Source of the DNA: Gammaproteobacteria bacterium | GTDB lineage: Bacteria; Pseudomonadota; Gammaproteobacteria; Eutrophobiales; Eutrophobiaceae | Length of the DNA: 64,000 bases | Assembly (NCBI GenBank): GCA_965221695.1 | Contig: OZ244905.1 | Coordinates: 736,001-800,000 of the forward strand | Reading direction: 5' to 3' | Shown here: positions 57,863-64,000 of the stretch, piece after piece | Numbering within the stretch: the first letter of the stretch is position 1 | Layout: each line of letters begins with the position of its first letter | Notes under the pieces: generated by a model | Databases searched by the model: none | Seen by the model: only the letters and a program-made list of their open reading frames with translations | What the model was told of the DNA's origin: nothing | Program-made: the position numbers and the translations under genes

Positions 57863-57877
57863 CCGTTATTATAGTTT

Positions 57878-58666
57878 TCAAACCATCCGAAAACTGACCT
57901 TCCCCAAGTCCTGGAAGCGCACATTGATCGTATCGCCTTTGTCCAGAGCAACCGCCGCCGTGATTCCCCCGGTCATTATGAACGTCCCTGCGGGTATGGT
58001 CTCACCGCGCGCAGCCAGCATGTTCGCCAGCATCGCCACGCTCAGGGCAGGATGCCCCAACACTGCGGCGCCGGCGCCGGTCTCAACCACTTCTCCGTTT
58101 TTCTCCATCACCACCCCAAGGGCCGGCAAGTCCAGGGAGTCCGCGCCACGCAAGACACTGCCGACGACAAAGCCTGCGGCGGAAGTATTATCGGCAATGA
58201 CGCTCTTCAGGTCAAAACGAAAATTTTCATAGCGGGAATCGATGATCTCCAACGCCGCCGTAACAAAATCAACGGCTTGCAATACCTGGCCGATATGGCA
58301 TCCGGGACCGGCCAGTTCCGCTTTTGTCACGACAGCCACCTCCGCTTCCACGCGCGGGTGGATAAACGCTGAGCAGTCAATCTCAGCGCCATCGGCGTAA
58401 CCGCCGGTAGCAGGCAGGAAACCGTATACCGGATCGGACACCCCCATCTGCCGCATCTTGGCCTGGGAGGTCAGGCCCATTTTCAGGCCGGCGATGCGGA
58501 TGCCGCGTTCTTCTTTGCGCCGGCGGATCTCGTACTGGATGGCGTAGGCGTCCTCCCAGTCCAGTTCCGGGTAGTCATCGGTAATCTTCGTTACCGCTTG
58601 CCGGTTGAGTTCGGCATTCTCCAGCCGCTCGGCCAGTTGCCTGATGGTTTTTTGATCCAGCGTCAT
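57878..58666 (-). CDS. dmpH: 4-oxalocrotonate decarboxylase
   Basis: [39 protein letters not shown]. Confidence 0.9.
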   Translation of the reverse strand: MTLDQKTIRQLAERLENAELNRQAVTKITDDYPELDWEDAYAIQYEIRRRKEERGIRIAGLKMGLTSQAKMRQMGVSDPVYGFLPATGGYADGAEIDCSAFIHPRVEAEVAVVTKAELAGPGCHIGQVLQAVDFVTAALEIIDSRYENFRFDLKSVIADNTSAAGFVVGSVLRGADSLDLPALGVVMEKNGEVVETGAGAAVLGHPALSVAMLANMLAARGETIPAGTFIMTGGITAAVALDKGDTINVRFQDLGKVSFRMV

Positions 58667-59703
58667 TGCACTGCCTTTATTTCACGCCGCGCCCGCGCCA
58701 TGTTCAGCGCAACGTCTTCGATCATGTCTTCCTGGCCGCCGATGGTCTTCATCTTCCCCAGCTCGACCAGGATGTCGCCCGAAGGCAGCTTGTATTTTTC
58801 ACCGACGCGCTTCGCGTGCAGCAGGAACGAAGAGTAGACACCGGCATAACCCATGATCAACGAGTCACGGTCGACCCGGATCAACTGGTCCATTATCGGC
58901 ACCACCACATCTTCCGCAACGTTCATCAATTTGAATACATCCACGCCGGTTTTGACGCCCATGCGGTCCAGCACCGCGTTGAACACCTCAAGCGGCGTGT
59001 TGCCGGCGCCGGCGCCCAGCCCCGCGGCGGAACCGTCAATCCGGTCGGCGCCCGCTTCGACTGCGGCCAGTGAATTGGCAATGCCCATTGCCAGGTTATG
59101 GTGCCCGTGAAAGCCAATCTCGGTATCGGCTTGCAGGCCGGCGCGCAATGCCCCGATGCGGGCCGTGACATCATCCGGCAGCATATAGCCGGCAGAATCG
59201 GTGCAGTAAATGCAGTTGGCGCCATAGGATTCCATCAATTTGCCCTGTTCAAGCAACTGTTCCGGTTCCACCATATGCGCCATCATCAGGAAACCGACGG
59301 TATCCAGGCCCAGTTTTCGAGCTGAACTGATATGTTGTTCCGAGACATCCGCCTCGGTGCAATGGGTCGCGACGCGGATGGTATGGACTCCACAATCCCG
59401 CGCCATGTTCAAATGATCCACGGTGCCGATACCCGGCAACAGCAAGGCCGACACATTTGCCTGCTTCATACGCGGCGTGACCGCTTGCAGGTACTCTTCA
59501 TCGGAGCTGGCAGGAAAGCCGTAATTGATGGAGGCGCCACCCAGGCCATCGCCATGGGTCACTTCGATAAGGTGGACGCCTGCGTCATCCAGCGCGGAAG
59601 CGACATCGATCATCTGCTCAGTCGTGATCTGGTGGCGCTTGGCATGCATCCCGTCGCGCAGGCACATATCATGCAGTTTTACTGTTTTTCCGTTTAGATT
59701 CAT
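58663..59703 (-). CDS. dmpG: 4-hydroxy-2-oxovalerate aldolase
   Basis: [43 protein letters not shown]. Confidence 0.97.
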   Translation of the reverse strand: MNLNGKTVKLHDMCLRDGMHAKRHQITTEQMIDVASALDDAGVHLIEVTHGDGLGGASINYGFPASSDEEYLQAVTPRMKQANVSALLLPGIGTVDHLNMARDCGVHTIRVATHCTEADVSEQHISSARKLGLDTVGFLMMAHMVEPEQLLEQGKLMESYGANCIYCTDSAGYMLPDDVTARIGALRAGLQADTEIGFHGHHNLAMGIANSLAAVEAGADRIDGSAAGLGAGAGNTPLEVFNAVLDRMGVKTGVDVFKLMNVAEDVVVPIMDQLIRVDRDSLIMGYAGVYSSFLLHAKRVGEKYKLPSGDILVELGKMKTIGGQEDMIEDVALNMARARREIKAVQ

Positions 59704-59746
59704 GGTGTTGTTGTATCAGTTTCGACTTGATCGCTGTTTTGTGGGG

Positions 59747-60655
59747 CTAAGCGTTGGCCGCATCCAGGCGCAATGCGCCGTTGATGATTTCTTCCGCGAA
59801 CATCTCACCGGTTCGCAGCGCCGCGGCGGTCATGATGTCCAGGTTGCCCGCGTAATCCGGCAGGTAATCTCCCAGACCCTTCACCTCCATGAAGATGGAG
59901 ACGCGCCGGCCGTCGAATACCGGGCCGTTTTTCAATTGGTAGCCGGGCACGTACTTCTGCACTTCCCGGATCATGTCGTGGACGGATTTGCGGATAGCAT
60001 CCTGGTCGGGATCGTCCTGCGTCAGGCAATGGATGGTGTCGCGCATGATCAGCGGGGGTTCAGCAGGGTTGAGGATGATGATGGCCTTGCCGCGTCCGGC
60101 GCCGCCTACCCGTTCCAGCCCGTTGGCCGTGGTGCGGGTGAACTCATCGATATTCTTGCGGGTGCCCGGGCCGGCGGATTTCGACGCGACAGTCGCCACG
60201 ATCTCTGCGTATTCCACCGGTTGTACCCTGCTTACCGCGGCTACCATCGGGATTGTCGCCTGGCCACCGCAACTGACCATGTTCACGTTGGTCTCCTGTT
60301 TGCCGACATGTTCCTGCAGGTTTACGGGCGGCACACAATACGGGCCGATGGCAGCCGGCGTCAGGTCGATGACCAGCACACCCCGTTGTTCCAGCTTCCG
60401 GGAGTTCTCCGGGTGGACCGAGGCAGAGGTCGCATCGAAGGCGATCCTGATACCGTCTTTTTCAATATGTTCGAGCAACGCATCCACGCCTTCGTGGGTG
60501 GTCTTCAGGCCGCTCGCGCCGGCCTTTGCCAGGCCGTCCGAGTTCGGGTCGATTCCCACCATCCACACCGGGTTGATGCGATCACTGCGCAGCGCCTTTA
60601 TCATCAGGTCCGTGCCGATATTGCCGGAACCGACCAAAGCAGCATTAACTTTCAT
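59747..60655 (-). CDS. dmpF: Acylating acetaldehyde dehydrogenase
   Basis: [41 protein letters not shown]. Confidence 0.97.
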   Translation of the reverse strand: MKVNAALVGSGNIGTDLMIKALRSDRINPVWMVGIDPNSDGLAKAGASGLKTTHEGVDALLEHIEKDGIRIAFDATSASVHPENSRKLEQRGVLVIDLTPAAIGPYCVPPVNLQEHVGKQETNVNMVSCGGQATIPMVAAVSRVQPVEYAEIVATVASKSAGPGTRKNIDEFTRTTANGLERVGGAGRGKAIIILNPAEPPLIMRDTIHCLTQDDPDQDAIRKSVHDMIREVQKYVPGYQLKNGPVFDGRRVSIFMEVKGLGDYLPDYAGNLDIMTAAALRTGEMFAEEIINGALRLDAANA

Positions 60656-60681
60656 ATTCAGTTTACCCCTGTCCTCTATCC

Positions 60682-61473
60682 TCAGTTGAACCGCACCGAT
60701 GCGTTGCCGATTCCGCCGACAGCCAGGGTCATTACATCTCCGGGCACGACGGGGTGCAGCGGCACCAGGGAACCGGACAGGATCACTTCACCCGCTTCCA
60801 GCTTGATACCGAACTCGCCCAGGGTGTTCGCCAACCAGGCCACACAGTTTACTGGTGAACCCAGCGCCGCGGCGCCGGCGCCGGTGGCGATAACTTCACC
60901 ATTTTTGGTATGTACCATGCCGCAGGTCACCAGGTCCACGGCGCGCGGGCTCACGGCCCGATCTCCGAGCAGGAACGCCCCGCAGGACGCGTTATCGGCA
61001 ATGGTGTCTTGTATCTTTATCTTCCAATCCTGAATACGGGAATCCACGATTTCAAAACAGGGCATCACACATTCCGTGGCGCGCAGCACCTCGGCATTGG
61101 TGATACCCGGACCATCCAGGTCGTGTTTCAGGATGAACGCGATCTCACCCTCTGCCCTGGGCTGGATCATTTCCGCGCTGATGGGTACTTCGTCGCCGTC
61201 GTTGTAGACCATGCGGTCGGTCAGGTAACCGAAGTCCGGCTGGTTGACCTGCAGCATATTCATAACCGCCTTGCTAGTAACACCAATCTTCTTGCCGATG
61301 ATTTTCTCGCCGTCATCCAGGCGCCGTTGCAGTAATTGCAGCGAAATGCGGTAGGAGTCCTCAATGGTGATATCCGGTTCCTGGTCTGTCAGTGGCTCGA
61401 TGGTCTTGCGCGCGCGCAGGCAATCGTACAAGGTATTGCCATAAGACAGTATTTTTTCTTCAGTCAGGCTCAT
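60682..61473 (-). CDS. dmpE: 2-oxopent-4-enoate hydratase
   Basis: [38 protein letters not shown]. Confidence 0.93.
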   Translation of the reverse strand: MSLTEEKILSYGNTLYDCLRARKTIEPLTDQEPDITIEDSYRISLQLLQRRLDDGEKIIGKKIGVTSKAVMNMLQVNQPDFGYLTDRMVYNDGDEVPISAEMIQPRAEGEIAFILKHDLDGPGITNAEVLRATECVMPCFEIVDSRIQDWKIKIQDTIADNASCGAFLLGDRAVSPRAVDLVTCGMVHTKNGEVIATGAGAAALGSPVNCVAWLANTLGEFGIKLEAGEVILSGSLVPLHPVVPGDVMTLAVGGIGNASVRFN

Positions 61474-61502
61474 TATTTCTGTCACAGTGTCGGATTGAAT
61501 TC

Positions 61503-62993
61503 CTACAGTTTCACACACACGTTGCGCATCTCGGTGTAGAACTCAAGTGAGTGTACACCACCTTCGCGGCCTATGCCCGATTGTTTGGAGCCGCCGAACG
61601 GAGTCCTGAGATCGCGCAGGAACCAGCAGTTGACCCAGGTGATGCCGACATCAATGGCGGCGGCGACCCGGTGCGCGCGGGATGCATTCCCGGTCCAGAT
61701 CGCCGTTGCCAGGCCGTAGCGCGTGTCATTGGCCATCGCAATCACTTCGGCCTCATCGTCAAAAGGCTGTACATGGCAGCAAGGACCAAAGATCTCCTCC
61801 CGGATGACCGGCGATGATTCAGGCAGGCCCGTCCAGATGGTCGGTTCCACCCAGAAGCCGCCGGCCAGATCGTCGTGCACTTGCGGAATACCGCCGCCGG
61901 TTACGACCTGCGCGCCCTCTTCCCTGGCCTTTTCATAGTAGGACAGCACTTTTTCCCGCTGCTGCCGGCTAATCATCGGCCCCAGAGTGGTGGTTGCCAG
62001 TTCCGGCTTGCCGGTTGCCAGGTTTTCGGCGCCCAGTCTGAGCCGGTCCACGAATTCATCGAATACCGGGCGCTCCACGTAAACCCGTTCCGTTCCCAGG
62101 CAGACCTGGCCGCAGTTGGCGAATACCGAACGCATGGCCCCTTCCAGGGCCTTGTCCATATCGCAGTCGGCAAACACCACGCCCGCGTTTTTGCCGCCCA
62201 TTTCAAAGGAGACATCGCGCAGCCCTACGGCTGCGGCTTTCATGATTTGCGAACCGGTGGTTGTCTCACCGGTAAACGTGATCGCGTCCACGCCCTGGTG
62301 CGTGGTCAGGTACTCGCCGGCAGATTCCGGCCCGAAACCATGCACGACATTGTATACGCCAGCGGGAATACCCACCGCATTCATCACCTCACCCAACAGG
62401 GTCGCGGTCGCCGGAGTCTCTTCGGACGGCTTGACCACGACCGCATTACCACAGGCCAGCGCCGGACCGACCTTCCAGGTCATCAGTAACAGCGGCAGGT
62501 TCCAGGGACAGATCACGCCGATGACCCCCTTGGGCACGCGCAGCGCATAATTCAATGCGCCGGCGCCGTCCGGCGTGTCCATCATGAAGGATTCCGCCGG
62601 CACATTCTTGATCACATCGGCAAATATCTTGAAATTGGCCGCGCCCCGGGGTATATCCACATGCCGCGCGAGCGACCAGGGCTTGCCGGTATCAAGACAC
62701 TCCGCTTCGACAAAATCATCGAACCTGGCGTTGATGCCATCGGCCAGCTCATACAGTAAAGCCACGCGTTGCTCTACGGTCAGTGAACCCCAAGGGCCTT
62801 CGAGAGCGGCCCGCGCCGCTTCGACTGCCGCATCGACTTCATCACGACCCGCTTCATGGACCTGCGCATAGGCCTCCCCCGTCACCGGGTTCAGCGTGTC
62901 AAACATTCTGCCGCCGGCAGATCCGACAAACTCGCCGCCGATAAAATGGCAGAACGGCGACCCGGATACAACCTGTTTTACTTGAGCATGCAT
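61503..62993 (-). CDS. dmpC: 2-hydroxymuconic semialdehyde dehydrogenase
   Basis: DIPRGAANF, CPWNLPLLLMTWK, GQVCLG.ER, WFLRDLRTPFGG. Confidence 0.95.
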   Translation of the reverse strand: MHAQVKQVVSGSPFCHFIGGEFVGSAGGRMFDTLNPVTGEAYAQVHEAGRDEVDAAVEAARAALEGPWGSLTVEQRVALLYELADGINARFDDFVEAECLDTGKPWSLARHVDIPRGAANFKIFADVIKNVPAESFMMDTPDGAGALNYALRVPKGVIGVICPWNLPLLLMTWKVGPALACGNAVVVKPSEETPATATLLGEVMNAVGIPAGVYNVVHGFGPESAGEYLTTHQGVDAITFTGETTTGSQIMKAAAVGLRDVSFEMGGKNAGVVFADCDMDKALEGAMRSVFANCGQVCLGTERVYVERPVFDEFVDRLRLGAENLATGKPELATTTLGPMISRQQREKVLSYYEKAREEGAQVVTGGGIPQVHDDLAGGFWVEPTIWTGLPESSPVIREEIFGPCCHVQPFDDEAEVIAMANDTRYGLATAIWTGNASRAHRVAAAIDVGITWVNCWFLRDLRTPFGGSKQSGIGREGGVHSLEFYTEMRNVCVKL

Positions 62994-63056
62994 TTTTTTC
63001 TGACTCCTATTACACCCCAATATTATTCCCGCTTAAGCGGAAAGCCAGCTAACAAA

Positions 63057-63188
63057 GTATCGCCTGTCAGGCGATACGCTATCATACTGGACTCCCGCTT
63101 ACGTGGGAGTAGTACGAGCATCGCTCCTACTCCAGTACCATTCCCGCGAAAGCGGGAATCCAGTGAAACAAACCGTCGCTTCAGCGAC
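63057..63188. repeat. Composite REP-like cluster 5
   Basis: GTATCGCC-GGCGATAC, CTGGACTCCCGCTTACGTGGGAGT, ACCATTCCCGCGAAAGCGGGAATCCAG. Confidence 0.85.
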
Positions 63189-63194
63189 ACTATA

Positions 63195-63623
63195 TTATTC
63201 CGGGGCCAAATACCCCAGCGCATATTCGGCTATTTCCCCATCCTGTTGTTCCGAAGCGCCGGAAACGCCTATCGCGCCGATACGGCGCCCGCCAATCTCA
63301 ATCGGCGCCCCACCACCACAAACCATCAACCGGTCAGCATTGGGGAGACCGATTCTGCACGCCGGCGACAGGGAATCCAATACTTCTCCCCATTTCGATG
63401 TCGGCATGCCGAAACTCATAGCCGTGTAAGCCTTGTTGATCGCCAGGTCAACGGAATGAAACGCCGAACCCGGCATGCGCAAAAACGCGGCAAGATGCCC
63501 GCCGCTGTCCACTACTGCGACATTGACTTTCACGCCTAACTCCTCCGCCCGCGTTACCGCAGCCTGAACCAGTGCGTGAGCCGCTTCCCAGTGGATGCTG
63601 CCCTGATCTACCACCACTTTCAT
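63195..63623 (-). CDS. GlcG/HbpS heme-binding family protein (NahX/CmpX-like)
   Basis: VAVVDSGG, A.NKAYTA, GGG.PI, IGAIGVSG..EQQD. Confidence 0.9.
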   Translation of the reverse strand: MKVVVDQGSIHWEAAHALVQAAVTRAEELGVKVNVAVVDSGGHLAAFLRMPGSAFHSVDLAINKAYTAMSFGMPTSKWGEVLDSLSPACRIGLPNADRLMVCGGGAPIEIGGRRIGAIGVSGASEQQDGEIAEYALGYLAPE

Positions 63624-64000
63624 CTGTTCAGATGCGCTTGTATCTTGCGCCAGGGGGCCTGCCCCTTGTGCTTGAGTTCAGCCATTTTTTCCGCAGAAAA
63701 ATCAGCCGCGACCCCAACCTGGTAAGACGGCCGGTCAACGCAACGCGCATACCAGTCAGCGACCCGTTTGCGCGACTGGTACCAGTCTGCCCAGCCGAAT
63801 TGGAACAGGGTTTGAAAATACGGGGACATGGCCGCGTCCGCCAGCGAGAACCGATCGCCCGCAAGCCAATCCTGGGTTTCCAGCGTGCGTTCCATGTCGG
63901 CAATGGTCTTCTCGTAGGTCGCCACTGCGTCGACGATATCGGGCGCATCATAGCCCATCTTCAGCAGCCGCCTCTGCCGCTCTCGCCGGGGTTTCTCGAC
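63620..64000 (-). CDS. Glutathione S-transferase, C-terminal part (runs off the window edge)
   Basis: WLAGDRFSLAD, V.DWY.R...RPS. Confidence 0.82.
   Translation of the reverse strand, partial: VEKPRRERQRRLLKMGYDAPDIVDAVATYEKTIADMERTLETQDWLAGDRFSLADAAMSPYFQTLFQFGWADWYQSRKRVADWYARCVDRPSYQVGVAADFSAEKMAELKHKGQAPWRKIQAHLNR

Noticed and set aside
59525-61033. 502-aa plus-strand ORF
   Set aside because: Antisense shadow of dmpG/dmpF/dmpE

Overview
Bacterial window, probably a Gammaproteobacterium (guaB-guaA divergent from xseA, lipBA, yadGH-like ABC pair). It has four parts. (1) 1-14.8 kb: a visibly AT-richer catabolic island (acyl-CoA ligase, ThDP enzyme, ALDH, aryl-alcohol dehydrogenase, SDRs, enoyl-CoA hydratase, thiolase/DUF35, acyl-CoA dehydrogenase, two SnoaL proteins). 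Its four promoter regions share one palindrome, a likely operator for the local Cys-less Rrf2 regulator. (2) 14.9-30.8 kb: housekeeping genes interrupted by accessory islets (TA pairs, a DEDD-BRCT nuclease, a tandem-domain unknown protein, gene remnants). (3) 31-43.7 kb: a DdmC/VanA-like Rieske oxygenase, sulfatase, Tat/GMC pair, DUF6152 pair, MFS, lipoprotein amidohydrolase and TonB receptor. (4) 43.7-64 kb: one minus-strand gene run joining a dmp meta-cleavage pathway, a YCF48-RND-DUF1302-DUF1329 envelope module, a NahD-like isomerase, a cytoplasmic B12-dependent catabolic reductive dehalogenase, an HpaB/PheA1-type phenol hydroxylase and an intradiol dioxygenase. Part 4 is the best candidate for an undescribed halo-aromatic uptake and degradation system. 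Several small repeat families are present: composite REPs, a five-hairpin IS5-type MITE with ~27-bp solo derivatives, and 9-nt-periodic inverted repeats. No rRNA, tRNA, CRISPR, integrase or transposase was seen. All family calls come from recognising motifs by eye, not from database searches.
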